DNA of 64,000 nucleotides from Eledone cirrhosa (lineage: Eukaryota): positions 7,626,001-7,690,000 of the forward strand of contig OZ024743.1 of assembly GCA_964016885.1 (NCBI GenBank), given 5' to 3'. The notes under the pieces are model-generated. The model was not told where the DNA came from. It made no database searches and saw only the letters and a program-made list of their open reading frames with translations. Every line of letters begins with the position of its first letter. The stretch's first letter is position 1. The position numbers and the translations under genes were made by a program. Positions 14,345 through 32,700 of the stretch are shown in pieces.

Positions 14345-17300
14345 TACCCCATCTAATACTATAATCTACCCCTCCTAATACTATAATCTACCTCATATAA
14401 TACAATAATCTACTTCATGTAATACTATAATCTTCCACATCTAATACTATAATCTACCTCAACTAACAATATAATCTACCCCATCTAATAGTATAATCTA
14501 CCTCATCTAATACTATAATCTACCACATCTAATACTATTATATACCCCATCTAATACTATAATCTACCCCATCTAATACTATAATGTACCTCATTTAATA
14601 TAATCTACCTCATCAAATACTATAATCTACCTCATCTAATATTACAACTACCTTATCTAATACTATAATCTACCCCATTTAATACTATAATCTACCTCAT
14701 CAATTATAATCTATCTCATCTAATACTATAATCTACCTCATCTAATACTATAATGTACATCATGTAATAATATAATCTACCCCAGCTCATATTATAATCT
14801 ACCCCATCTAATACTATAATCTACCCCATCTAATACTATAATCTCCCTCATATAATACTATAATCTACCTCATGTAATACTATAATCTATCTCACCCAAT
14901 ACTAGATTTTACCTCATCTAATACTATAATCTACCCCATCTAATACTATAATCTACAACATCTAATACTATAATCTACCTCATCTAATACTATGATCTAC
15001 CTCATCTAATACTATAATCTACCTCATCTAACAATATAATCTACCCCATCTAATAATATAATATACCCAATATAATAATATAATCTACGCCATCTAATAC
15101 TATAATCTACCACATCTAATACTATAATCTACCTCATCTAATACTATAATCTACCTCATCTAATACTATAATCTACCTCATCTAATACTATAATCTACTT
15201 AATCTAATACTATAATCTTCCACATCTAATACTATAATCGACCTCATCTAATATTATAATCTACCACATCTAATACTATAATCTACCCCAGCTAATAATA
15301 TAATGTACCCCATCTAATATAATCTACCTCATCTAATACTACAATCTACCTCATCTAATACTATAATCTACTCCATCTAATAGTATAATCTAACTCATCT
15401 AATACTATAATATACCCCAACTAATACTATAATCTACCTCAACTAATACTATAATGTACCTCATCTAATATAATCTACCACATCTAATACTATAATCTAC
15501 CTCATCTAATACTATAATCTACCTCATATAATACTATAATCTACCTCATTTAATACTATAATCTACCCCATCTAATACTATAATCTACCCCATCTAATAC
15601 TATAATCTACCCCATCTAATACTATAATCTACCTCATCTAATACTATAATCTACCTCATATAATACTATAATCTTCCTCATCTAATACTATAATCTACCT
15701 CATCTAATACTACAATTTACATCAACTAATACTATAATCTACCCCATCTAATACTATAATCTACAACATCTAATACTATAATCTACCACATCTAATAATA
15801 TAATCTACCCCATCTAATACTATAATCTACCCTATCTAATACTATAATCTACCCTATCTAATACTATAATGTACTTCATCTAATACTATAATCTACCACA
15901 TCTAATATTATAATCTACCTCATCTAATACTATAATCTACCCCAACTAATACTATAATCTAACCCATCTAATACTATAATCTACCTCATCTAATACTATA
16001 ATCTACCTCATCTAATACTATAATCTACCCCATCAAATACTATAATCTACCTCATCTAATACTATAATCTACCCCATCTAGTACTATAATCTACATCTTC
16101 TAATACTATAATCTACCTCATCTAATATTATAATCTACCTCATCTAATACTATAATCTACCTCATCTAATACTATAATCTACCTCATCTAATATAATCTA
16201 CCTCATCTAATACTATAATCTACATCATCTAATACTATAATCTACCTCATCTAATACTATAATCTACCACATCTAATACTATAATCTACCCCAACAAATA
16301 CTATAATCTACCTCATCTAATACTATAATCTACCCCTTCTAATACTATAATCTATCTCTTCTAATACTCTAATCTACCCCATCTAATACTATAATCTACC
16401 CCTCCTAATACTATAATCTACCTCATATAATACAATAATCTACTTCATGTAATACTATAATCTTCCACATCTAATACTATAATCTACCTCAACTAACAAT
16501 ATAATCTACCCCATCTAATAGTATAATCTACCTCATCTAATACTATAATCTACCACATCTAATACTATTATATACCCCATCTAATACTATAATCTACCCC
16601 ATCTAATACTATAATGTACCTCATTTAATATAATCTACCTCATCAAATACTATAATCTACCTCATCTAATATTACAACTACCTTATCTAATACTATAATC
16701 TACCCCATTTAATACTATAATCTACCTCATCAATTATAATCTATCTCATCTAATACTATAATCTACCTCATCTAATACTATAATGTACATCATGTAATAA
16801 TATAATCTACCCCAGCTCATATTATAATCTACCCCATCTAATACTATAATCTACCCCATCTAATACTATAATCTCCCTCATATAATACTATAATCTACCT
16901 CATCTAATACTATAATCTATCTCACCCAATACTAGATTTTACCTCATCTAATACTATAATCTACCCCATCTAATACTATAATCTACAACATCTAATACTA
17001 TAATCTACCTCATCTAATACTATGATCTACCTCATCTAATACTATAATCTACCTCATCTAACAATATAATCTACCCCATCTAATAATATAATATACCCAA
17101 TATAATAATATAATCTACGCCATCTAATACTATAATCTACCACATCTAATACTATAATCTACCACATCTAATACTATAATCTACCTCATCTAATACTATA
17201 ATCTACCTCATCTAATACTATAATCTACCTCATCTAATACTATAATCTACTTAATCTAATACTATAATCTTCCACATCTAATACTATAATCGACCTCATC

Positions 17301-17710
17301 TAATATTATAATCTACCACATCTAATACTATAATCTACCCCAGCTAATAATATAATGTACCCCATCTAATATAATCTACCTCATCTAATACTACAATCTA
17401 CCTCATCTAATACTATAATCTACTCCATCTAATAGTATAATCTAACTCATCTAATACTATAATATACCCCAACTAATACTATAATCTACCTCAACTAATA
17501 CTATAATGTACCTCATCTAATATAATCTACCACATCTAATACTATAATCTACCTCATCTAATACTATAATCTACCTCATATAATACTATAATCTACCTCA
17601 TTTAATACTATAATCTACCCCATCTAATACTATAATCTACCCCATCTAATACTATAATCTACCCCATCTAATACTATAATCTACCTCATCTAATACTATA
17701 ATCTACCTCA
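14345..17710 (+). repeat. Direct duplication of about 1.3 kb at 2030-2052 bp spacing (about 14345-15660 vs about 16375-17710)
   Basis: CCTCCTAATA 14371/16401, CAATTATAAT 14701/16731 and ACTAGATTTT 14901/16931 are 2030 apart. The G of AATCGACC at 15240/17292 is 2052 apart. Confidence 0.88.
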
Positions 17711-17719
17711 TCTAATACT

Positions 17720-20700
17720 AGAATCTACCACATCTAATACTATAATCTACCTCATCTAATATAATCTACCTCATCTAATACTATAATCTACCTGATCTAA
17801 TATAATCTACCACATCTAATACTATAATCTACCTCATCTAATACTATAATCTACCTAATCTAATTCTATAATCTACCTCATATAATACTATAATCTACCT
17901 CATATAATACTATAATCTACCTCATCTAATACTATAATCTACCTCATCTAATACTATAATCTACCTCATCTAATACTATAATCTACCTCATATAATACTA
18001 TAATCTACCTCATCTAATACTATAATCTACCTCATCTAATAATATAATCTACCTCATCTACTACTATAATTTACCTCATCTAATACTATAATCTACTTCA
18101 TCTAATACTATAATCTACCTCATCTAATACTATAATCTACATTCATCTAATACTATAATCTACCTCATATAATACTATAATCTACCTCATCTAATACTAT
18201 AATCTACCTCATCTAATACTATAACGTACATCATCTAATAATATAATCTACCCCATCTGATATTATAATCTACCCCATCCTATACTATAATCTACCTCAT
18301 CTAATACTGTAATCTACCCCATCTAATACTATAATCTACCCCATCTAATACTATAATCTACCTCATGTAATACTATAATCTACCCCATCTAATACTATAA
18401 TCTACCACAATTAATACTATAATCTACCTCATCTAATATAATCTACCTCATCTAATACAATAATCTATTTCATCTAATACTATAATCTACCTCATCTAAT
18501 ACTATAATCTACCACATCTAATACTATAATCTACCTCATCTAATATAATCTACCTCATCTAATACTATAATCTACCTCATCTAATATAATCTACCACATC
18601 TAATACTATAATCTACCTCATATAATACTATAATCTACCTCATCTAATACTATAATCTACCATATCTAATACTATAATCTACCTCATCTAATACTATAAT
18701 CTACCTCATTTAATACTATAATCTACCACATCTAATACTATAATCTACCACATCTAATACTATAATCTACCACATCTAATACTATAATCTACCTCATCTA
18801 ATACTGTAATCTACCTAATCTAATACTATAATCTACCACATCTAATACTATAATCTACCACATCTAATACTATAATCTACCACATCTAATACTATAATCT
18901 ACCACATCTAATACTATAATCTACCACAGCTAATACTATAATCTACCTCATCTAATACTATAATCTACCTCATATAAAACTATAATCTACCTCATCTAAT
19001 AATATAATCTAACTCATCTAATACTATAATCTACCTCATCTAATACTATAATCTACCTCATATAAAACTATAGTCTACCTCATCTAATAATATAATCTAC
19101 CTCATCTAATACTATAATCTACCTCATCTAATATAATCTACCTCATCTAATACTATAATCTACTTCATCTATTACTATAATCTACCTCATCTAATACTAT
19201 AATCTACCTCATCTAATACAATAATCTACCCCATCTAATACTATAATCTACCTCATATAATACTATAATCTACCTAATCTAATACTATAATCTACCTCAA
19301 CTAATACTATAATCTACCTCATCTAATACTATAATCTACCCCATCTAATACTATAATCTACCCCATCTAATACTATAATCTACCTCATCTAATACTATAA
19401 TCTACCTCATCTAATACTATAATCTACTTCATCTAATACTATAATCTACCCCATCTAATACTATAATCTACCTCATCTAATACTATAATCTACCTCATCT
19501 AATACTATAATCTACTTCATCTAATACTATAATCTACCTCATCTAATACTATAATCTACCTCTTCTAATACTATAATCTACCTCGTCTAATACTATAATC
19601 TACCTCATGTAATAATATAATCTACCTCATCTAATATAATCTACCTCATATAATACTATAATACCTCATATAATACTATAATCTACCTCATCTAATACTA
19701 TAATCTACCACATCTAATACTATAATCTACCTCATCTAATACTATAATCTACCTCATCTAATACTATAATCTACCTCATCTAATACTATAATCTACCACA
19801 TCTAATACTATAATCTACCACATCTAATACTATAATCTACCTCATCTAATACTATAATCTACCTAATCTAATACTATAGTCTACCTCATATAATACTATA
19901 ATCTACCACATCTAATACTATAATCTACCACATCTAATACTATAATCTACCTCATCTAATACTATAATCTACCACATCTAATACTATAATCTACCTCATC
20001 TAATACAATAATCTACCTCATCTAATACTATAATCTACTTCATCTAATACTATAATCTACCTAATCTAATACTATAATCTAAACCATCTAATACTATAAT
20101 CTACCACATCTAATACTATAATCTACCACATCTAATACGATAATCTCCCTCATCTAATACTATAATCTACCTCCTCTATTATAATCTACCCCATCTAATA
20201 CTATGAAATACTTCATCTAATACTATAATCTACCCCATCTAATACTATAATCTACCTCATCTAATACTATAATCTACCTCATCTAATACTATAATCTATC
20301 CCATCTGAAACTATAATCTACCTAATCTTTAACTATAATCTACCCTATTTAATACTATCATCTACCCCAATCTAATACTATAATCTACCTCATCTAATAT
20401 ATTCTACCTCTTCTAATAATATAATCTACCACATCTAATACTATAATCTACCTCATCTAATACTATAATCTACCTCATCTAATACTATAATCTAAACCAT
20501 CTAATACTATAATCTACCTCATCTAATACTATAATCTACCTCATCTAATGCTATAATCTACCACATCTAATACGATAAACTCCCTCATCTAATACTATAA
20601 TCTACCTCATCTAATACTATAAGCTACCTCATCTAATACTACCTCATATAATACTACCTCATATAATACTATAATCTACCTCATCTAATACTATAATCTA

Positions 20701-23700
20701 CTTCATATAATACTATAATTTAACCCATCTAATACTATAATGTACCTCATCTAATAATATAATCTACCCCATCTAATACTATAATCTACTTCATGTAATA
20801 TTATAATCTACCTCATCTAATACTATAATCTACTTCATCTAATACTATAATCTACCTCATCTAATACTATAATCTACCTCATCTAATACTATAATCTACC
20901 TCATCTAGTACTATAATTTACCTCATCTAATACTATAATCTACTTCATCTAATACTATAATCTACCTCATCTAATACTATAATCTACATTCATCTAATAC
21001 TATAATCTACCTCATATAATACTATAATCTACCTCATCTAATACTATAATCTACCTCATCTAATACTATAATCTACCTCATCTAATACTATAACGTACAT
21101 CATCTAATAATATAATCTACCCCATCTGATATTATAATCTACCCCATCCTATACTATAATCTACCTCATCTAATACTGTAATCTACCCCATCTAATACTA
21201 TAATCTACCCCATCTAATACTATAATCTACCTCATGTAATACTATAATCTACCCCATCTAATACTATAATCTACCACAATTAATACTATAATCTACCTCA
21301 TCTAATATAATCTACCTCATCTAATACAATAATCTATTTCATCTAATACTATAATCTACCTCATCTAATACTATAATCTACCACATCTAATACTATAATC
21401 TACCTCATCTAATATAATCTACCTCATCTAATACTATAATCTACCTCATCTAATATAATCTACCACATCTAATACTATAATCTACCTCATATAATACTAT
21501 AATCTACCTCATCTAATACTATAATCTACCATATCTAATACTATAATCTACCTCATCTAATACTATAATCTACCTCATTTAATACTATAATCTACCACAT
21601 CTAATACTATAATCTACCACATTTAATACTATAATCTACCACATCTAATACTATAATCTACCTCATCTAATACTGTAATCTACCTAATCTAATACTATAA
21701 TCTACCACATCTAATACTATAATCTACCACATCTAATACTATAATCTACCACATCTAATACTATAATCTACCACATCTAATACTATAATCTACCACAGCT
21801 AATACTATAATCTACCTCATCTAATACTATAATCTACCTCATATAAAACTATAATCTACCTCATCTAATAATATAATCTAACTCATCTAATACTATAATC
21901 TACCTCATCTAATACTATAATCTACCTCATATAAAACTATAGTCTACCTCATCTAATAATATAATCTACCTCATCTAATACTATAATCTACCTCATCTAA
22001 TATAATCTACCTCATCTAATACTATAATCTACTTCATCTATTACTATAATCTACCTCATCTAATACTATAATCTACCTCATCTAATACAATAATCTACCC
22101 CATCTAATACTATAATCTACCTCATATAATACTATAATCTACCTAATCTAATACTATAATCTACCTCAACTAATACTATAATCTACCTCATCTAATACTA
22201 TAATCTACCCCATCTAATACTATAATCTACCCCATCTAATACTATAATCTACCTCATCTAATACTATAATCTACCTCATCTAATACTATAATCTACTTCA
22301 TCTAATACTATAATCTACCCCATCTAATACTATAATCTACCTCATCTAATACTATAATCTACCTCATCTAATACTATAATCTACTTCATCTAATACTATA
22401 ATCTACCTCATCTAATACTATAATCTACCTCTTCTAATACTATAATCTACCTCGTCTAATACTATAATCTACCTCATGTAATAATATAATCTACCTCATC
22501 TAATATAATCTACCTCATATAATACTATAATACCTCATGTAATACTATAATCTACCTCATCTAATACTATAATCTACCACATCTAATACTATAATCTACC
22601 TCATCTAATACTATAATCTACCTCATCTAATACTATAATCTACCTCATCTAATACTATAATCTACCACATCTAATACTATAATCTACCACATCTAATACT
22701 ATAATCTACCTCATCTAATACTATAATCTACCTAATCTAATACTATAGTCTACCTCATATAATACTATAATCTACCACATCTAATACTATAATCTACCAC
22801 ATCTAATACTATAATCTACCTCATCTAATACTATAATCTACCACATCTAATACTATAATCTACCTCATCTAATACAATAATCTACCTCATCTAATACTAT
22901 AATCTACTTCATCTAATACTATAATCTACCTAATCTAATACTATAATCTAAACCATCTAATACTATAATCTACCACATCTAATACTATAATCTACCACAT
23001 CTAATACGATAATCTCCCTCATCTAATACTATAATCTACCTCCTCTATTATAATCTACCCCATCTAATACTATGAAATACTTCATCTAATACTATAATCT
23101 ACCCCATCTAATACTATAATCTACCTCATCTAATACTATAATCTACCTCATCTAATACTATAATCTATCCCATCTGAAACTATAATCTACCTAATCTTTA
23201 ACTATAATCTACCCTATTTAATACTATCATCTACCCCAATCTAATACTATAATCTACCTCATCTAATATATTCTACCTCTTCTAATAATATAATCTACCA
23301 CATCTAATACTATAATCTACCTCATCTAATACTATAATCTACCTCATCTAATACTATAATCTAAACCATCTAATACTATAATCTACCTCATCTAATACTA
23401 TAATCTACCTCATCTAATGCTATAATCTACCACATCTAATACGATAAACTCCCTCATCTAATACTATAATCTACCTCATCTAATACTATAAGCTACCTCA
23501 TCTAATACTACCTCATATAATACTACCTCATATAATACTATAATCTACCTCATCTAATACTATAATCTACTTCATATAATACTATAATTTACCCCATCTA
23601 ATACTATAATGTACCTCATCTAATAATATAATCTACCCCATCTAATACTATAATCTACTTCATGTAATATTATAATCTACCTCATCTAATACTATAATCT

Positions 23701-26700
23701 ACTTCATCTAATACTATAATCTACCTCATCTAATACTATAATCTACCTCATCTAATACTATAATCTACCTCATCTACTACTATAATTTACCTCATCTAAT
23801 ACTATAATCTACTTCATCTAATACTATAATCTACCTCATCTAATACTATAATCTACATTCATCTAATACTATAATCTACCTCATATAATACTATAATCTA
23901 CCTCATCTAATACTATAATCTACCTCATCTAATACTATAACGTACATCATCTAATAATATAATCTACCCCATCTGATATTATAATCTACCCCATCCTATA
24001 CTATAATCTACCTCATCTAATACTATAATCTACCCCATCTAATACTATAATCTACCACATCTAATACTATAATCTACCTCATCTAATATAATCTACCTCA
24101 TCTAATACAATAATCTATTTCATCTAATACTATAATCTACCTCATCTAATACTATAATCTACCACATCTAATACTATAATCTACCTCATCTAATACTATA
24201 ATCTACCTCTTATAAAACTATAATCTACCTCATCTAATAACATAATCTAACTCATCTAATACTATAATCTACCCCATCTAATACTATAATCAACCCCATC
24301 TAATACTATAATCTACCTCATGTAATACTATAATCTACCCCATCTAATACTATAATCTACCACATCTAATACTATAATCTACCTCATCTAATATAATCTA
24401 CCTCATCTAATACTATAATCTACCTCATCTAATATAATCTACCACATCTAATACTATAATCTACCTCATATAATACTATAATCTACCTCATCTAATACTA
24501 TAATCTACCATATCTAATACTATAATCTACCTCATCTAATACTATAATCTACCTCATTTAATACTATAATCTACCTCATCTAATTCTATAATCTACCTCA
24601 TATAATACTATAATCTACCTCATATAATACTATAATCTAACTCATCTAATACTATAATCTACCTCATCTAATACTATAATCTACCTCATCTAAGACTATA
24701 GTCTACCTCATCTAATACTATAATCTACCTCATCTAATACTATAATCTACCTCGTCTAATACTATAATCTACCTCATGTAATAATATAATCTACCTCATC
24801 TAATATAATCTACCTCATATAATACTATAATACCTCATATAATACTATAATCTACCTCATCTAATACTATAATCTACCACATCTAATACTATAATCTACC
24901 TCATCTAATACTATAATCTACCTCATCTAATACTATAATCTACCTCATCTAATACTATAATCTACCACATCTAATACTATAATCTACCACATCTAATACT
25001 ATAATCTACCTCATCTAATACTATAATCTACCTAATCTAATACTATAATCTACCTCATATAATACTATAATCTACCACATCTAATACTATAATCTACCAC
25101 ATCTAATACTATAATCTACCTCATCTAATACTATAATCTACCACATCTAATACTATAATCTACCTCATCTAATACAATAATCTACCTCATCTAATACTAT
25201 AATCTACTTCATCTAATACTATAATCTACCTAATCTAATACTATAATCTACCCCATCTAATACTATAATCTATTACATCTAATACGATAATCTACCTCAT
25301 CTAATACTATAATCTACCTCATCTAATACTATAATCTACCCCATCTAATACTATAATCTACCCCATCTGAAACTATAATCTACCTCATCTTTAACTATAA
25401 TCTACCCCATTTAATACTATAATCTACCCCATCTAATACTATAATCTACCTCATCTAATATATTCTACCTCATCTAATACTATAATCTACCTCATCTAAT
25501 ACTATAATCTACCCCATATAATACTATAATCTACCTCATCTAATACTATAATCTAAACCATCTAATACTATAATTTACCTCATCTAATACTATAATCTAC
25601 CACATCTAATATGATAATCTCCCTCATCTAATACTATAATCTACCTCATCTATTATAATCTACCCCATCTAATACTATGAAATACTTCATCTAATACTAT
25701 AATCTACCCCATCTAATACTATAATCTACCTCATCTAATACTATAATCTACCTCATCTAATACTATAATCTATCCCATCTGAAACTATAATCTACCTAAT
25801 CTTTAACTATAATCTACCCCATTTAATAATATAATCTACCCCATCTAATACTATAATCTACCTCATCTAATATATTCTACCTCTTCTAATAATATAATCT
25901 ACCACATCTAATACTATAATCTACCTCATCTAATATATTCTACCTCATCTAATAATATAATCTACCTCATCTAATACTATAATCTACCTCATCTAATACT
26001 ATAATCTAAACCATCTAATACTATAATCTACCTCATCTAATACTATAATCTACCTCATCTAATGCTATAATCTACCACATCTAATACGATAATCTACCTC
26101 ATCTAATACTATAATCTACCTCATCTAATACTATAATCTACGTCATCTAATACTATAATCTACATTCATCTAATACTATAATCTACCTCATATAATACTA
26201 TAATCTACCTCATCTAATACTATAATCTACCTCATCTAATACTATAACGTACATCATCTAATAATATAATCTACCCCATCTGATATTATAATCTACCCCA
26301 TCCTATACTATAATCTACCTCATCTAATACTATAATCTACCCCATTTAATACTATAATCTACCCCAATTAATACTATAATCTACCTCATCTAATATATTC
26401 TACCTCTTCTAATAATATAATCTACCAAATCTAATACTATAATCTACCTCATCTAATATATTCTACCTCATCTAATAATATAATCTACCTCATCTAATAC
26501 TATAATCTACCTCATCTAATACTATAATCTAAACCATCTAATACTATAATCTACCTCATCTAATACTATAATCTACCTCATCTAATACTATAATCTACCT
26601 CATCTACTACTATAATTTACCTCATCTAATACTATAATCTACTTCATCTAATACTATAATCCACGTCATCTAATACTATAATCTACATTCATCTAATACT

Positions 26701-29700
26701 ATAATCTACCTCATATAATACTATAATCTACCTCATCTAATACTATAATCTACCTCATCTAATACTATAACGTACATCATCTAATAATATAATCTATCCC
26801 ATCTGATATTATAATCTACCCCATCCTATACTATAATCTACCTCATCTAATACTATAATCTACCTCATGTAATACTATAATCTACCCCATCTAATACTAT
26901 AATCTACCACATCTAATACTATAATCTACCTCATCTAATATAATCTACCTCATCTAATACAATAATCTATTTCATATAATACTATAATCTACCTCATCTA
27001 ATACTATAATCTACCACATCTAATACTATAATCTACCTCATCTAATACTATAATCTACCTCTTATAAAACTATAATCTACCTCATCTAATAACATAATCT
27101 AACTCATCTAATACTATAATCTACCCCATCTAATACTATAATCTACCCCATCTAATACTATAATCTACCTCATGTAATACTATAATCTACCCCATCTAAT
27201 ACTATAATCTACCACATCTAATACTATAATCTACCTCATCTAATATAATCTACCTCATCTAATACTATAATCTACCTCATCTAATATAATCTACCACATC
27301 TAATACTATAATCTACCTCATATAATACTATAATCTACCTCATCTAATACTATAATCTACCATATCTAATACTATAATCTACCTCATCTAATACTATAAT
27401 CTACCTCATTTAATACTATAAGCTACCTCATCTAATTCTATAATCTACCTCATATAATACTATAATCTACCACATCTAATACTATAATCTACCTCATATA
27501 ATACTATAATCTACCACATCTAATACTATAATCTACCACATCTAATACTATAATCTACCACATCTAATACTATAATCTACCTCATCTAATACTGTAATCT
27601 ACCTAATCTAATACTATAATCTACCACATCTAATACTATAATCTACCACATCTAATACTATAATCTACCACATCTAATACTATAATCTACCACATCTAAT
27701 ACTATAATCTACCACAGCTAATACTATAATCTACCTCATCTAATACTATAATCTACCTCATATAAAACTATAATCTACCTCATCTAATAATATAATCTAA
27801 CTCATCTAATACTATAATCTACCTCATCTAATACTATAATCTACCTCATATAAAACTATAATCTACCTCATCTAATAATATAATCTACCTCATCTAATAC
27901 TATAATCTACCTCATCTAATATAATCTACCTCATCTAATACTATAATCTACTTCATCTATTACTATAATCTACCTCATCTAATACTATAATCTACCTCAT
28001 CTAATACAATAATCTACCCCATCTAATACTATAATCTACCTCATATAATACTATAATCTACCTAATCTAATACTATAATCTACCTCATCTAATACTATAA
28101 TCTACCTCATCTAATACTATAATCTATCTCATCTAATACTATAATCTACCCCATCTAATACGATAATCTACTTCATCTAATACTATAATCTACCCCATCT
28201 AATACTATAATCTACCTCATCTAATACTATAATCTACCTCATCTAATACTATAATCTACCCCATCTAATACGATAATCTACTTCATCTAATACTATAATC
28301 TACCCCATATAATACTATAATCTACCCCATATAATACTATAATCTACCTCATCTAATACTATAATCTACCCCATCGAATACTATAATCTACCTCATCTAA
28401 TACTATAATCTACCTCATCTAATACTATAGTCTACTTCATCTAATACTATAATCTACCTCATCTAATACTATAATCTACCTCTTCTAATACTATAATCTA
28501 CCTCGTCTAATACTATAATCTACCTCATGTAATAATATAATCTACCTCATCTAATATAATCTACCACATATAATACTATAATACCTCATATAATACTATA
28601 ATCTACCTCATCTAATACTATAATCTACCACATCTAATACTATAATCTACCTCATCTAATACTATAATCTACCTAATCTAATACTATAATCTACCTCATC
28701 TAATACTATAATCTACCTCATCTAATACTATAATCTACCACATCTAATACTATAATCTACCACATCTAATACTATAATCTACCTCATCTAATACTATAAT
28801 CTACCTAATCTAATACTATAATCTACCTCATATAATACTATAATCTACCACATCTAATACTATAATCTACCACATCTAATACTATAATCTACCTCATCTA
28901 ATACTATAATCTACCACATCTAATACTATAATCTACCTCATCTAATACAATAATCTACCTCATCTAATACTATAATCTACTTCATCTAATACTATAATCT
29001 ACCTAATCTAATACTATAATCTACCCCATCTAATACTATAATCTACCACATCTAATACGATAATCTACCTCATCTAATACTATAATCTACCTCATCTAAT
29101 ACTATAATCTACCCCATCTAATACTATAATCTACCCCATCTGAAACTATAATCTACCTCATCTTTAACTATAATCTACCCCATTTAATACTATAATCTAC
29201 CCCATCTAATACTATAATCTACCTCATCTAATACTATAATCTACCCCATATAATACTATAATCTACCTCATCTAATACTATAATCTAAACCATCTAATAC
29301 TATAATCTACCTCATCTAATACTATAATCTACCACATCTAATACGATAATCTCCCTCATCTAATACTATAATCTACCTCATCTATTATAATCTATCCCAT
29401 CTGAAACTATAATCTACCTAATCTTTAACTATAATCTACCCCATTTAATACTATAATCTACCCCATCTAATACTATAATCTACCTCATCTAATATATTCT
29501 ACCTCTTCTAATAATATAATCTACCACATCTAATACTATAATCTACCTCATCTAATATATTCTACCTCATCTAATAATATAATCTACCTCATCTAATACT
29601 ATAATCTACCTCATCTAATACTATAATCTAAACCATCTAATACTATAATCTACCTCATCTAATACTATAATCTACGTCATCTAATGCTATAATCTACCAC

Positions 29701-32700
29701 ATCTAATACGATAATCTCCCTCATCTAATACTATAATCTACCTCATCTATTATAATCTACCCCATCTAATACTATAATCTACCTCATCTAATACTATAAG
29801 CTACCTCATCTAATACTACCTCATATAATACTAACTCATATAATACTATAATCTACCTCATCTAATACTATAATTTAACTCATCTAATACAATAATCTAC
29901 TTCATCTAATACTATAATCTAGTTCATCTAATACTATAATCTACCTCATCTAATACTATAATCTACCTCATCTAATACTATAATCTACCTCATATAATAC
30001 TATAATCTACCTCATCTAATACTATAATCTACCTCATCTAATACTATAACGTACATCATCTAATAATAAAATCTACCCCATCTGATATTATAATCTAACC
30101 CATCCTATACTATAATCTACCTCATCTAATACTATAATCTACCCCATCTAATACTATAATCTACCCCATCTAATACTATAATCTACCTCATGTAATACTA
30201 TAATCTACCCCATCTAATACTATAATCTACCACATCTAATACTATAATCTACCTCATCTAATATAATCTACCTCATCTAATACAATAATCTATTTCATCT
30301 AATACTATAATCTACCTCATCTAATACTATAATCTACCACATCTAATACTATAATCTACCTCATCTAATACTATAATCTACCTCTTATAAAACTATAATC
30401 TACCTCATCTAATAACATAATCTAACTCATCTAATACTATAATCTACCCCATCTAATACTATAATCTACCCCATCTAATACTATAATCTACCTCATGTAA
30501 TACTATAATCTACCCCATTTAATACTATAATCTACCACATCTAATACTATAATCTACCTCATCTAATATAATCTACCTCATCTAATACTATAATCTACCT
30601 CATCTAATATAATCTACCACACCTAATACTATAATCTACCTCATATAATACTATAATCTACCTCATCTAATACTATAATCTACCATATCTAATACTATAA
30701 TCTACCTCATCTAATACTATAATCTACCTCATTTAATACTATAATCTACCTCATCTAATTCTATAATCTACCTCATATAATACTATAATCTACCACATCT
30801 AATACTATAATCTACCTCATATAATACTATAATCTACCACATCTAATACTATAATCTACCACATCTAATACTATAATCTACCACATCTAATACTATAATC
30901 TACCTCATCTAATACTGTAATCTACCTAATCTAATACTATAATCTACCACATCTAATACTATAATCTACCACATCTAATACTATAATCTACCACATCTAA
31001 TATATAATCTACCACAGCTAATACTATAATCTACCTCATCTAATACTATAATCTACCTCATATAAAACTATAATCTACCTCATCTAATAATATAATCTAA
31101 CTCATTTAATACTATAATCTACCTCATCTAATACTATAATCTACCTCATATAAAACTATAATCTACCTCATCTAATAATATAATCTACCTCATCTAATAC
31201 TATAATCTACCTCATCTAATATAATCTACCTCATCTAATACTATAATTTACTTCATCTATTACTATAATCTACCTCATCTTATACTATAATCTACCTCAT
31301 CTAATAAAATAATCTACCCCATCTAATACTATAATCTACCTCATATAATACTATAATCTACCTAATCTAATACTATAATCTACCTCATCTAATACTATAA
31401 TCTACCTCATCTAATACTATAATCTACCCCATCTAATACGATAATCTACTTCATCTAATACTATAATCTACCCCATCTAATACTATAATCTAACTCATCT
31501 AATACTATAATCTACCTCATCTAATACTATAATGTACCCCATCTAATACGATAATCTACTTCATCTAATACTATAATCTACCCCATCTAATACTATAATC
31601 TAACTCATCTAATACTATAATCTACCTCATCTAATACTATAATGTACCCCATCTAATACGATAATCTACTTCATCTAATACTATAATCTACCCCATATAA
31701 TACTATAATCTACCTCATGTAATACTATAATCTACCCCATCTAATACTATAATAAACCACATCTAATACTATAATCTACCTCATCTAATATAATCTACCT
31801 CATCTAATACAATAATCTATTTCATCTAATACTATAATCTACCTCATCTAATACTATAATCTACCACATCTAATACTATAATCTACCTCATCTAATACTA
31901 TAATCTACCTCTTATAAAACTATAATCTACCTCATCTAATAACATAATCTAACTCATCTAATACTATAATCTACCCCATCTAATACTATAATCTACCCCA
32001 TCTAATACTATAATCTACCTCATGTAATACTATAATCTACCCCATCTAATACTATAATCTACCACATCTAATACTATAATCTACCTCATCTAATATAATC
32101 TACCTCATCTAATACTATAATCTACCTCATCTAATATAATCTACCACATCTAATACTATAATCTACTTCATATAATACTATAATCTACCTCATCTAATAC
32201 TATAATCTACCATATCTAATACTATAATCTACTTCATCTAATACTATAATCTACCTCATTTAATACTATAATCTACCTCATCTAATTCTATAATCTACCT
32301 CATATAATACTATAATCTACCACATCTAATACTATAATCTACCTCATATAATACTATAATCTACCACATCTAATACTATAATCTACCACATCTAATACTA
32401 TAATCTACCACATCTAATACTATAATCTACCTCATATAATACTGTAATCTACCTAATCTAATACTATAATCTACCACATCTAATACTATAATCTACCACA
32501 TCTAATACTATAATCTACCACATCTAATATTATAATCTACCACAGCTAATACTATAATCTACCTCATCTAATACTATAATCTACCTCATATAAAACTATA
32601 ATCTACCTCATCTAATAATACAATCTAACTCATCTAATACTATAATCTACCACATCTAATACTATAATCTACCACAGCTAATACTATAATCTACCTCATC

